Shown: piece after piece, positions 19,202-28,498 of the stretch
Layout of the letters: each line of letters begins with the position of its first letter
How positions within the stretch are numbered: the first letter of the stretch is position 1
Assembly: GCA_048940645.1 (NCBI GenBank)
Contig: JBHLOI010000035.1
Location: 1-38,330, forward strand
Direction: 5' to 3'
DNA from: Promethearchaeota archaeon
GTDB lineage: Archaea > Asgardarchaeota > Lokiarchaeia > Sigyniarchaeales > SOKP01
Length of the DNA stretch: 38,330 nucleotides
Position numbers and translations under genes: made by a program
Notes under the pieces: model-generated
Databases searched by the model: none
What the model was told of the DNA's origin: nothing
The model's input: only the letters and a program-made list of their open reading frames with translations

Positions 19202-20161
19202 ATGCAGATTCCTAATATTGAAAACTTGGAAATTAGTAAACTAACTGATGAAGTTTTACTAATTCATCAAATTAATCCTCCATTTCATTTTTCTTGCTGT
19301 GATGGGCTTGTTATTCTCCATAAAAACGGGAGAAATTCCAATAGTGTGATTTTAGATTTAAATATTGAACCACCTTTAGCTAAAAAAGTTAATGAAATTT
19401 ATGGTCCAGTATCAAATTACGTATGTAGCCATGGTCATATGGATCATATTGCTCATGTACATCAATGGGAAACTTTAGGAGCAAAAATTCATGCTCCATT
19501 CCCAGAATCAACATATTTGCAGAATCTAAAGAATTTTTATTTAGGTTTTGGATTTAATAAAGCAATGGATTATTCCATTATACAAAAATTTGGAGAGATA
19601 AATGGTTATAAAAAATGCAAGAAAGTTAATCCTTTTAAACCAGGTGATTCATTAGAGTTTGAAGATTTTACTCTTGAAACTATTCCTTTTTTAGGACATT
19701 CAAAAGCTCATACTGGATTTTTACTGGCAAAGGAAAGAATTATCCACATAAGTTGTTTAGGTTTTGATCAACCTGAACCAGGAGTGGATGGATTTGGTCC
19801 CTGGTATGGATTTGATGAATGTTCAATTGAACAGTATTTAAAGGATATTGATTTAGCAGAATATATTTTTCTTGAACAGGCTGATCTTCTAACTTCAAGC
19901 CATTCATATATAGTTAAAAATCCCGATAGCACCCCTTTTAATTATATACGAAATAAAATTCAGAAAAATCAAACTATTGTGGACCAAGCAATCTTATCTC
20001 TTAAATCTATTAATAGGTTTAAAATAAATCTGGCTAATTTACTTGAACTTGATTTATTTTTTCCAAAAAAGAAAATGAAAGGGTTTTTATTGGAAATTTA
20101 CAATTATTGGGAATCAGGAATAATAAGGAAACATTTAGAAAGAAGTAAATACCTTAAATAA
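19202..20161 (+). CDS. Metallo-beta-lactamase-fold hydrolase
   Basis: SHGHMDH (HxHxDH), GHSKAH and SSH motifs. Confidence 0.82.
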   Translation: MQIPNIENLEISKLTDEVLLIHQINPPFHFSCCDGLVILHKNGRNSNSVILDLNIEPPLAKKVNEIYGPVSNYVCSHGHMDHIAHVHQWETLGAKIHAPFPESTYLQNLKNFYLGFGFNKAMDYSIIQKFGEINGYKKCKKVNPFKPGDSLEFEDFTLETIPFLGHSKAHTGFLLAKERIIHISCLGFDQPEPGVDGFGPWYGFDECSIEQYLKDIDLAEYIFLEQADLLTSSHSYIVKNPDSTPFNYIRNKIQKNQTIVDQAILSLKSINRFKINLANLLELDLFFPKKKMKGFLLEIYNYWESGIIRKHLERSKYLK

Positions 20162-20164
20162 CTT

Positions 20165-21229
20165 TTAATTTTCATTTTCATTTTTTTCCGGTTCTAATAT
20201 GACCTTTAAGGATTCTTTTGCTTCACAAACTACTTTAAAAGCCTCTCCCGCTTTGCTTAAAGGGAATCTATGAGTAATTAAGTCTTTAACATTTATTCTC
20301 TTTGCTAATATCCAAGTATAAGCTTCTTGTAAATCATCTGGTGCAGCACCATAGGATGTCATGATTGTAATTTCATTTCTCCAATATTTATTGATAGGGA
20401 CTTCTAATTTGACATCTGGTTCTGGTACAGCAAAAAATATAATTGTGCCTCCTGGAGCTGTACAATCTAAGGCTTGTTTTGCTGCTGAAACAGCTCCAGT
20501 GCATACTATAACAATATCAGCTAATCGATCATTATTAAATTCTTTTAATCTAGCAGCTATATCGTTATAAGTAGCATGAAATACGGTATCAGCTCCAAAT
20601 TTTTTAGCAATTTCCATTCTATATTCATTTAAATCAGTTGCAAATATCTTTTCAACACCTCTTAGCTTTGCTAATTGAATATGCAAAATTCCTGAAACTC
20701 CACTACCCAATATGAGAACTATTAAACCTTTCCTAACATTTGCTAATCGTTGAGCTCGACAAACACAACCTAATGGCTCTATAAACACAGCTTCTTCATA
20801 AGAAACAGCTTTATCTAATAAATAGACACCTCTCTTTTCAATATTAATTTTAGGAATCCTAACATATTCAGCAAATCCACCTGGATCAAAATTCGTATTA
20901 TGAAGCAAATTACATGCTGTATGATGTCCTTGATTACAATAATGACAATCAAAACAAGGAACATGATGAGAAACAAATACACGATCTCCTTCTTTGAATT
21001 TTTTCACTCCTTCTCCAATTTCGACAATATCTCCAGCGATTTCATGGCCGAGAACTAGACTATCTACTCCTAATTTTTTCATTTTTGCAAATCGATAATA
21101 TTCTAATATATCAGAACCACATATACCCGACTTTTTTACTTTTACTAATAATTCACCTGGTTTTATGGTTGGTTTTGGTATTTCATCTTGTCTTATATCA
21201 TTATTGTTGTAATATCTTGCTAACTTCAT
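20165..21229 (-). CDS. Zn-dependent medium-chain dehydrogenase (sorbitol/threonine dehydrogenase-like)
   Basis: GICGSD, LGHEIAG, CFDCHYC...C structural Zn site, EPLGC and GSGVSG motifs. Confidence 0.92.
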   Translation of the reverse strand: MKLARYYNNNDIRQDEIPKPTIKPGELLVKVKKSGICGSDILEYYRFAKMKKLGVDSLVLGHEIAGDIVEIGEGVKKFKEGDRVFVSHHVPCFDCHYCNQGHHTACNLLHNTNFDPGGFAEYVRIPKINIEKRGVYLLDKAVSYEEAVFIEPLGCVCRAQRLANVRKGLIVLILGSGVSGILHIQLAKLRGVEKIFATDLNEYRMEIAKKFGADTVFHATYNDIAARLKEFNNDRLADIVIVCTGAVSAAKQALDCTAPGGTIIFFAVPEPDVKLEVPINKYWRNEITIMTSYGAAPDDLQEAYTWILAKRINVKDLITHRFPLSKAGEAFKVVCEAKESLKVILEPEKNENEN

Positions 21230-21404
21230 TATTTCATCAAAACATAATCAATATTGACGATATTAAAGATATTATGTTGTGAACTTATTTAATATTTTAT
21301 TTGTGAATAATTTATTTCTAATAGTAAGAAGGAATTTAAAGTTTAAATAAGACCTTGATATAATTTCCTATAGGATTAAAAATACATAATTTTGGAAAAG
21401 CTAC

Positions 21405-21854
21405 ATGAAAAAAGAAAGATTTACTAAAAAAGAGTTGGAAGAAGTTAAAAACATTAAAGTCGGTAAATGGGACATAATAGCTGAATTTCATCGAATTGAA
21501 TGGCTGAAAAAAGGTTATTCAGAAGAAGAATCAAAAATTCATGGTATAGTAATAGCAGTTGTGGGTTATCAAGCACGATTGGGAAAAGAAGCTCAGACCT
21601 ATCAACTTGAACTAAAAGGTAAAGAAAAAGGGGTTTCATTGACTCGTCGGGAAAAAGAAAAATGGATAACAACTAAAGATTTTGATAAAATTATAAATAA
21701 AATAGGAGAGAAATATTATAATTCTATTTTTTCACCAGCAATAGAGAATTTATATAATAAAGGATATTCATATAACGAAGTAAAACAAGCGGTTGAAATT
21801 CCTCCCAAAATTGGGGCTAAAATATCTTTAGATAAATTTTTAAATTTTCTATGA
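21405..21854 (+). CDS. Hypothetical protein
   Basis: 149-aa ORF with ATG start, typical composition and an upstream TATA-like TTTAAATA; family not recognised. Confidence 0.65.
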   Translation: MKKERFTKKELEEVKNIKVGKWDIIAEFHRIEWLKKGYSEEESKIHGIVIAVVGYQARLGKEAQTYQLELKGKEKGVSLTRREKEKWITTKDFDKIINKIGEKYYNSIFSPAIENLYNKGYSYNEVKQAVEIPPKIGAKISLDKFLNFL

Positions 21855-21883
21855 AAATTTCATCTATACTATTTCATCGCTGA

Positions 21884-23299
21884 TCAGGCTTGATCAACGA
21901 TTTTTTTCAAATACTTTCGCTTACGGAGCAAAAGTTTAATTTGTTCATCTATACGTGTCAAACCCATACGTTCGGATATACTTACTCCTGATGCCTTCAT
22001 TTTTTCCCAACTGATAAAATTTTTAGACAGTTCATCTTGTTCAGTTGTTATTCGTTTAATTAATCGATTCAAACCATATTTTTCAGCAGTATCCAGAGCT
22101 TGGTTTAATAATATTTGGGCTTCTTTAAATTCAAAGTTTATTAGTTTCAACTTAGCTTGTAGTGAAAACAACTCAACAAGCAGCCAGAATGCTTGCTGAT
22201 TATTAGCAATATCCTTTAATTGAGTGATATAAGGTTGAATCTCATCTAGTATTTTTAAATCGCTAGTTTCACGTAATTCTGTTAAATAGAGATCACATAA
22301 ATTTATCAGAGCATGATAATAAAGCCCAGAAAATGGATGTTCTTCATTAATAATTTGCTTTAATATCTCCTTTGCTTTTAAACGCTTAATATTTTGAGGC
22401 ATTTTTTTCAGCATCTCTGCTTTTGAAAGCCTATAAAAAGTATCCCCAGGCCATTCTATTTGATCACCGAACTGTTTCATACGGTCTAGACATTGCTGAG
22501 CTTTTTCAAGAGAGTCCATATTGAGATACAATTCAAAAAGAGAGCTAAGAACTACTATTGTCTTAAAACTATTAATCTCATCACATAATAATAAACCTCG
22601 CTCTAAATAATCCAAAGCCTTGTCAAAATCTCCTTTTTCAATGAAATACATTCCCATACTGTTAAGACCTCCAATAATTTCTTGTTTATCATTTAATTCC
22701 TCTGCAAGAGTCAAATAATGTTTAATAGATTCGAGATTATAAAATAAATCACCTTTATAATAATTATTAAAATTAAGCAATTTTGTCGCAAGCATTATGA
22801 GCTTTTTATTTTTAATTTCTTTGGCAATTTTTAAGACCTCATCAGCATACTTCAGAGAACGGTCTAACTCGCCCATATTAAAATAACAACCACCTTTGTA
22901 TAATGCAATATATGCTTTTCTTTCTTTAAATTGGATTGATGATACTTGGTTGATTGTCTTTAATAATTGTTCAGTTTTGCTAATGGTATCTAGTGCTTCT
23001 TTTCGCTTATCACTTTTGTTTAGAATATAAGTCTTTGTGAGGAGGACATCAATTATTTGAAATTTATTTTTTAATTGTTGACTTTCTTTGTAAGCTAATT
23101 CAGCATAATTAAGAGCCTTATTCGTATATCCAAGTTCAAAAAGGAGAGAACTCTTAAGGTGATGAATTTCGAGTTGATCTTGAAGTGAAAGCCCTTTTTT
23201 ATCCTCAAGTATATTAATAAGTTTTAGGGCTTCTGTGAATTTAGCTTCACTCTTAAGATGCTTTACTTGAGATAATTCGTTTTTATTGGAATATAACAT
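21884..23299 (-). CDS. Tetratricopeptide-repeat protein
   Basis: Repeated helical TPR-like units (KGGCYFNMGELDRSLKY; NSMGMYFIEKGDFDKALDYLERG); GGAGG Shine-Dalgarno upstream. Confidence 0.85.
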   Translation of the reverse strand: MLYSNKNELSQVKHLKSEAKFTEALKLINILEDKKGLSLQDQLEIHHLKSSLLFELGYTNKALNYAELAYKESQQLKNKFQIIDVLLTKTYILNKSDKRKEALDTISKTEQLLKTINQVSSIQFKERKAYIALYKGGCYFNMGELDRSLKYADEVLKIAKEIKNKKLIMLATKLLNFNNYYKGDLFYNLESIKHYLTLAEELNDKQEIIGGLNSMGMYFIEKGDFDKALDYLERGLLLCDEINSFKTIVVLSSLFELYLNMDSLEKAQQCLDRMKQFGDQIEWPGDTFYRLSKAEMLKKMPQNIKRLKAKEILKQIINEEHPFSGLYYHALINLCDLYLTELRETSDLKILDEIQPYITQLKDIANNQQAFWLLVELFSLQAKLKLINFEFKEAQILLNQALDTAEKYGLNRLIKRITTEQDELSKNFISWEKMKASGVSISERMGLTRIDEQIKLLLRKRKYLKKIVDQA

Positions 23300-23342
23300 G
23301 AAATTAAACCTCCAATAATCTTTAATTTAATTAATTTTATTT

Positions 23343-24020
23343 TTATTTTTGCTTTAATTTTTTTTTTAATTCAAATAGAGCAGCTAGGGGTAAAGATATA
23401 TCAAAATAAACAAAAGCCTCTTCAGTATTTAAATCTTCCTCCATAGCTAATTTATGCAACTTCAATACATATTCTGTACGTAAATCTATAAGCTTGCTAG
23501 AGCGTTTCTTATCAAAATATAGAAAAACTGGTTCATCGATATATGATAAATATTCATCATAGGTACTTTTAGCCTTCTCAATATCGCCCAACTGACTTTC
23601 AAGAGTATTTAGTAATGGATCTAAATAATCTAACAACTTTTTTATATTATAACTCATTTTTCGGTAATTTATTATCTCCCATTTGTAAAATTGCTGAAGT
23701 TTCTGAGGATCCCTTGAAAGAGATATCTCATCTAATTCTAATAACTGCACTTTAAATTTAGGATTAATTTGGTAGATCTTAGGCGGTATTCTTCCTTTCA
23801 CAACTTCTTTTGCTATTCTTGATATGAGAAGTCCGTCTTTTTCCATTAACTTTAAATGTCTAGCAACAGTTGTTTTACTTTGTTCAACATAGTGAGTAAT
23901 TTGAGTAACATTTAATTCTTTATGGAGTTCAAGGATAGCCCAAATTTCGAATCGTAATTTATGTTTAGCTATTAATTGATCCCATTCCTCTTTAATTATA
24001 TTATTATTTTTTATACTCAA
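23343..24020 (-). CDS. ArsR-like winged-helix transcriptional regulator
   Basis: LRFEIWAIL...LNVTQI...SKTTVARHLKLMEKDGLL; TTG start with AGGAG upstream. Confidence 0.82.
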   Translation of the reverse strand: MSIKNNNIIKEEWDQLIAKHKLRFEIWAILELHKELNVTQITHYVEQSKTTVARHLKLMEKDGLLISRIAKEVVKGRIPPKIYQINPKFKVQLLELDEISLSRDPQKLQQFYKWEIINYRKMSYNIKKLLDYLDPLLNTLESQLGDIEKAKSTYDEYLSYIDEPVFLYFDKKRSSKLIDLRTEYVLKLHKLAMEEDLNTEEAFVYFDISLPLAALFELKKKLKQK

Positions 24021-24234
24021 TGGATCTTTAATACTCCTATCGAAATTGAATTTTAAATCATTACTTAAATCCTAATTATTCCATTACATATAACTCTTTT
24101 AATTACCTCATCAATAAAAATTAATTTATTGTATATAAAACGTTATTATTTTTCGATCTTATATTATATATAGGGTTTTAAGATATAAAAATATGATCAA
24201 AAAGTTTAAATATGAAACGTTCTAAATAAATAAT

Positions 24235-24260
24235 ATTATGACACGATCATGCGTCATAAT
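24235..24260. promoter_or_regulatory. Inverted repeat ATTATGAC-N10-GTCATAAT, candidate operator
   Basis: Perfect 8-bp arms about 25 nt downstream of TTTAAATA (24205-24212), in the divergent region next to the ArsR-like gene. Confidence 0.55.
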
Positions 24261-24307
24261 TTAATACCATAAAAATAAATCTAAAAAGGAATAGAGATTG
24301 AAGAAAA

Positions 24308-24964
24308 ATGTATAAAACCAAAACAAAAAAGATATTTTATGGAATTCTAGCTTTAGGACTCATATTCTTAAGTCTCACCTCAGTAGTATCTGCACATGGG
24401 TATCAAAGAAGAGTGACCTACAGACCATTTAGCGATTGGACATTAAATAATCCCCGTGTAGTATTAGGATATACAACTAATTGGGATTTGCTCCCAGAAG
24501 GTTGGATAGTACGGCCTAATTTTGGTGTTGAAGATACAGGGCAATATTATGGTTATATACGTCAAGAAATATTAGATGATGGACGAGCCGAGCTTACAGT
24601 CTACATCATTGGAAAAAACAGTCCGAGAACATTATATCGCTTATCAGATTGGTTTGATTTTTTCGCTGGAGGACCATTTCCTGAAGATGTTCTTGAGAAC
24701 TTAGAGATGGATTTCTTTACCATACTGAAATTTATTGTTCCTGAGCCTAATCAAGAGATACCTTTCGTGTTTGATCTATTTGAAGAACCATATGAGTGGG
24801 TATCCTTGATATTTATTGCTTATGCGTCTGGTACATTCACAGATTATGCTGGGGAATTTGAATATACCCCCGGAGAAATAGGTAGAGTATTTATACTACA
24901 AAGTAATTATATCACTGAAGATGGCGAAGAAATCTGGCCTCATGAAATAATAAATGTTTATTAG
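24308..24964 (+). CDS. Secreted hypothetical protein
   Basis: Signal peptide (KTKTKK, hydrophobic core, VSA|H); acidic and aromatic mature region. Confidence 0.75.
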   Translation: MYKTKTKKIFYGILALGLIFLSLTSVVSAHGYQRRVTYRPFSDWTLNNPRVVLGYTTNWDLLPEGWIVRPNFGVEDTGQYYGYIRQEILDDGRAELTVYIIGKNSPRTLYRLSDWFDFFAGGPFPEDVLENLEMDFFTILKFIVPEPNQEIPFVFDLFEEPYEWVSLIFIAYASGTFTDYAGEFEYTPGEIGRVFILQSNYITEDGEEIWPHEIINVY

Positions 24965-25371
24965 TCAAAAAATGAGGTTTAAAAAAAATGAAACAGGGTC
25001 TAATCCCTATTATAATTATCTTGGTTTGCTTGAGATAATATTACTATATAATTTGCACTTCTATTAGATGCAGAAAATTGTTGAGAAACCCAATTAAAGT
25101 CAGGAGATTCAGGATGGTTGAAATCTTTAATCAAATCTATAGAAATGGAGGAAATGGTTCAGAATAATGGCTTCTCGATAAACCACACCTAAACCATAAT
25201 TATTCCATTCTATTTTTTTTTTAATTTCTTTATTTAAAGCGGTTTCAAATATTTCCTAAATTTTGAATCTTTTTTAGGAATATCCCAGAAAATTTTATAT
25301 AAAATAAACAGGAAGTATCAATTACAATGAAAATAATTAAAAATAAATATTTAGGAGTATGAAAAATATCT

Positions 25372-25836
25372 ATGGTTGAAGTAAAACAAGAGCTTTTAGC
25401 TCCATGTGGATTGTATTGCGGTGTTTGTTCAATTTATATCGCACATAGAGATAATAATATGAAATTTAAACAAGTATTATTTCCTGTTTATAAGGCATTT
25501 GCAAAAACCGTTGATGAAATAGCTTGTACAGGATGCTTATCTGATGGTATTGTTTTTCCAGTATGTAAAGCATGTGCTGTTAAAAAATGTTGTAACGAGA
25601 AAAATATTGATGGATGTTATCAATGCGATGACTTTCCATGTAAATTTATCAATAATTTTCCTATCCCTGTAGCCAAGAAGGTAATAATGCGTACAATACC
25701 ATTTTGGAGAGAAAATGGAACAGAAAAATTCGTAGAAGAGGAAGAGAAAAGATACCACTGTCCAAATTGTGGAAATCCAATATTTAGAGGAGCGAAACGT
25801 TGTAATAAATGTAAAAATGAAGTTGATGTTGATTAA
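25372..25836 (+). CDS. DUF3795-family Cys-rich protein with C-terminal Zn ribbon
   Basis: APCGLYCGVC...CTGC...CYQCDDFPC...CPNCG...CNKC. Confidence 0.85.
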   Translation: MVEVKQELLAPCGLYCGVCSIYIAHRDNNMKFKQVLFPVYKAFAKTVDEIACTGCLSDGIVFPVCKACAVKKCCNEKNIDGCYQCDDFPCKFINNFPIPVAKKVIMRTIPFWRENGTEKFVEEEEKRYHCPNCGNPIFRGAKRCNKCKNEVDVD

Positions 25837-25864
25837 AAATATAGATTAAAAAAATAAAAATTAT

Positions 25865-26068
25865 TTACCTCTTATTATTTAGACTGCTTTTTAAGAGCAT
25901 TTTGAAACAAGTATCGTCTAAATCAGCATACATTTTTAATTCATCTTCCAGGAAATCTCTTAAAGCAGTTCTAATTGCTTCACTTCTTGAGGGATATACA
26001 CCCAAATCATTTAAGGTTTTAATTGCAGCTAAGTATTTTTCAGGCAGATTTATAGTGATTATCTTCAT
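25865..26068 (-). CDS. CopG/ribbon-helix-helix transcriptional regulator
   Basis: MKIITINLPEKYL...GVYPSRSEAIRTALRDFL; ATG at 26068. Confidence 0.88.
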   Translation of the reverse strand: MKIITINLPEKYLAAIKTLNDLGVYPSRSEAIRTALRDFLEDELKMYADLDDTCFKMLLKSSLNNKR

Positions 26069-26250
26069 TTTTATCAACCCTTAATATGTTAAAAATAGAA
26101 AATTTACATTGTATTGGTTTAATTAATAAATATATTTATTCGGATTATATATAAATCAGTTCTATTAATCCTTTAATGGTGTTAATGGTTTAATTTTTAA
26201 CGAATATTTTGCATTACAGTTCATACAAAAATTTCTAAAAACCTTTTAAA

Positions 26251-27003
26251 CTAATAGAGTTTATTAAATGATTTTATATGCGAAACTAAAGAGTATGCTG
26301 ATTTATATAATTCTGAATGGCTAACATCTTTAATATCTTTTAGAAATTTGAGAGTATAATCTTCTTCGCGCTTAATATATGTAATATTTCTCGTTTTCTG
26401 ATCATAATCCAAGAAAACATCGATTTTTAAAACGTTTTCCTTCAATCTACCTGGTAATTGAGGCATCATATTAAATGTAAAGATTAAATCAGGATCAGAT
26501 TTATTCTTTCCATCAATAACAAAAACCACGTTGGGTTGTAAATAAGAGATAAATGATTCCATAGAATGGAATAGATCATCAACTTTTATTGTCAATTTTG
26601 AATTATCTAATGCACTACAATCACTAATTAAAGGAAAGGAGAATTTTTCTTTACCTCTAAATGCTAAAGCAATCTCATTGGAATTTAAATACTTTTTAAA
26701 AGTTTCATGGTCTTTTTCTAAAAGATATTTATCAGATATAGGATCACTTTTGCAGTATACTATCATTACTCCGGCAGATAGGAGATTTATCTTCTGAAAG
26801 TATATCTTATATTCTGGACTATAAGGTAAATTAATTATTTCTTTACTTCCTCCTAATCCAAGTTGAGCCATTAAATCCATTGGTACTTGACTTGTGAGCG
26901 TAAATAAAAGAAAGGACCTAAAATCCTCCAATTCAATGAAGTTAGTGAAATCTTTAAAATTTTGATTAACAATATTAATTTTTTCTTTAAAGTTCTGAGA
27001 CAT
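26251..27003 (-). CDS. Hypothetical protein
   Basis: 250-aa ORF; no family recognised. Confidence 0.7.
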   Translation of the reverse strand: MSQNFKEKINIVNQNFKDFTNFIELEDFRSFLLFTLTSQVPMDLMAQLGLGGSKEIINLPYSPEYKIYFQKINLLSAGVMIVYCKSDPISDKYLLEKDHETFKKYLNSNEIALAFRGKEKFSFPLISDCSALDNSKLTIKVDDLFHSMESFISYLQPNVVFVIDGKNKSDPDLIFTFNMMPQLPGRLKENVLKIDVFLDYDQKTRNITYIKREEDYTLKFLKDIKDVSHSELYKSAYSLVSHIKSFNKLY

Positions 27004-27063
27004 TATACTATCTTAAAAACTTATTATTTAATTAAATCAATGAAAGAATGATCTTAATTAAAT

Positions 27064-27483
27064 TTATTCCAAATAATTCGAAAGAAATTTCTTAAGAGAT
27101 TTTTTTACATTTTGGGTAATATGGTGCTCAATCTCATGTGATACCTTCTCGATTAATTGATTATCTTCAATTTTTAATACATTCTTGAAAAAAGCTCTTA
27201 ATAATTCATGGATTTCATCTAATTGAATAGCAATGTTTTTCCCTTCTTCGGTGAGTCGTATAGCTTTTCTAGGTTCCCATTTAATATAACCCTTGCTTTT
27301 TAATTTATCAAGCATCCCTGATACGGATGCAGGTTCGACATCGAGGGCCTCAGCTATTTCTTTATTTGAGACCCAACCTCCCCTTTTTTTCTTGGAAATC
27401 TCATAAATAACATCTATATATCTTTGATAACTTTCTCTAACTTCCAAAAAATCTAAAAGATCTTTATCACTACTATTTGCCAT
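27064..27483 (-). CDS. DtxR/MntR-family metal-dependent transcriptional regulator
   Basis: YIDVIYEI, EIAEALDVEPASVSGML, LTEEG, HELLRAFF and HEIEHHI motifs; ATG 27483 preferred. Confidence 0.9.
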   Translation of the reverse strand: MANSSDKDLLDFLEVRESYQRYIDVIYEISKKKRGGWVSNKEIAEALDVEPASVSGMLDKLKSKGYIKWEPRKAIRLTEEGKNIAIQLDEIHELLRAFFKNVLKIEDNQLIEKVSHEIEHHITQNVKKSLKKFLSNYLE

Positions 27484-27582
27484 CTTTTTAGATGAATTTA
27501 AAATTTTTGCAATGTATAATATCAATAATTATTCATTCCTCTTTTTAATTTTATTATAAAAAAAATTGACTAAATAATAATA

Positions 27583-28167
27583 ATGAGAAAAAAATTCACC
27601 GGTATTCTATTTCTTATCGTTGGAAATTCTGGTTCTGGAAAAGATTCAATAATACAAGGAGCTGTTAAAAAGTATCCTAATGATCTAAATAAATTATATG
27701 TTCCAAAACGCTATATCACACGAGATCCATCCAAAACTGAGGAAAACATCTCAATTTCTCCCGAAGAGTTCAGAATCATGTCTAAAGAAGGAAAATTCGC
27801 TCTTAAATGGCACATTTATGGGTTAGACTATGGAATATCTATTGAAATTGATGAAAAGCTTAAAAATGGTCAATCTGTAGCTGTAAATGTAAGCAGAATT
27901 ATAATTCCCGAAGCAAAAAAAGTGTATGAAAATACCAAAGTCATATTTATCGAAGTTCCCTTTGATATTACCCTAAAACGCCTTAAAGAACGGACTAGAG
28001 AGATAGGAAAAAGGTTGGAAGAAAGATTAGAAAGAGCAAGAAATAATCAAAAATTTCCAGAAGCAGATTATATTATTGATAATTCTGGCCTTCTTGATGA
28101 TGCTATTGATCAATTTATAAATTATGTAATAAAATGTATTGAACAAGTTAAGAATAGAATAGAATAA
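27583..28167 (+). CDS. phnN: PhnN-like ribose 1,5-bisphosphokinase (guanylate-kinase fold)
   Basis: VGNSGSGKDS, RYITR, WHIYGLDYG, VNVSR and IDNSG match PhnN better than Gmk. Confidence 0.7.
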   Translation: MRKKFTGILFLIVGNSGSGKDSIIQGAVKKYPNDLNKLYVPKRYITRDPSKTEENISISPEEFRIMSKEGKFALKWHIYGLDYGISIEIDEKLKNGQSVAVNVSRIIIPEAKKVYENTKVIFIEVPFDITLKRLKERTREIGKRLEERLERARNNQKFPEADYIIDNSGLLDDAIDQFINYVIKCIEQVKNRIE

Positions 28168-28245
28168 AATATAGAAAATAAAACAAAATTTTTTTATTAA
28201 CAAGAATTATATTTTTTTGTATTTACATATTAGATTCTAAATTAT

Positions 28246-28379
28246 GGCTCGGTTCGTATAGTGGTTAGTATTGGGGACGAATCTTGAAAAATATTCAAGA
28301 ATCCCCACTGTGAATCCTTAGAGATTGAGGGAATTTCTCTCCTTTCGAGGAAACGGGGGTTCGATTCCCCCACCGAGCC
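28246..28379 (+). tRNA. tRNA-His(GUG) with two non-canonical introns (28279-28308 at 32/33; 28322-28352 at 45/46)
   Basis: Spliced sequence G-GCTCGGT TC GTAT AGTGGTTA GTAT T GGGGA CT GTG AA TCCTT AGAC GGGGG TTCGATT CCCCC ACCGAGC C folds as a cloverleaf with G-1:C73. Both junctions form relaxed bulge-helix-bulge motifs. CCA is not encoded. Confidence 0.88.
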
Positions 28380-28498
28380 CTTCTTAACCTATAATTTCTA
28401 TGTTTTGTTTTAAATTTAAGTATAACTACATAAAATGGAAGATTAAAATCTTTAGAATTATTTTCTTATATAACTGATACTAATTAATATTAGTAATT

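Noticed and set aside
28336-28354. tRNA-Glu(TTC)-like anticodon loop CCTTTCGAGG inside the tRNA locus
   Set aside because: Using it leaves no valid 5-bp stem plus variable loop. It lies inside intron 2, and G-1:C73 identifies the tRNA as His.
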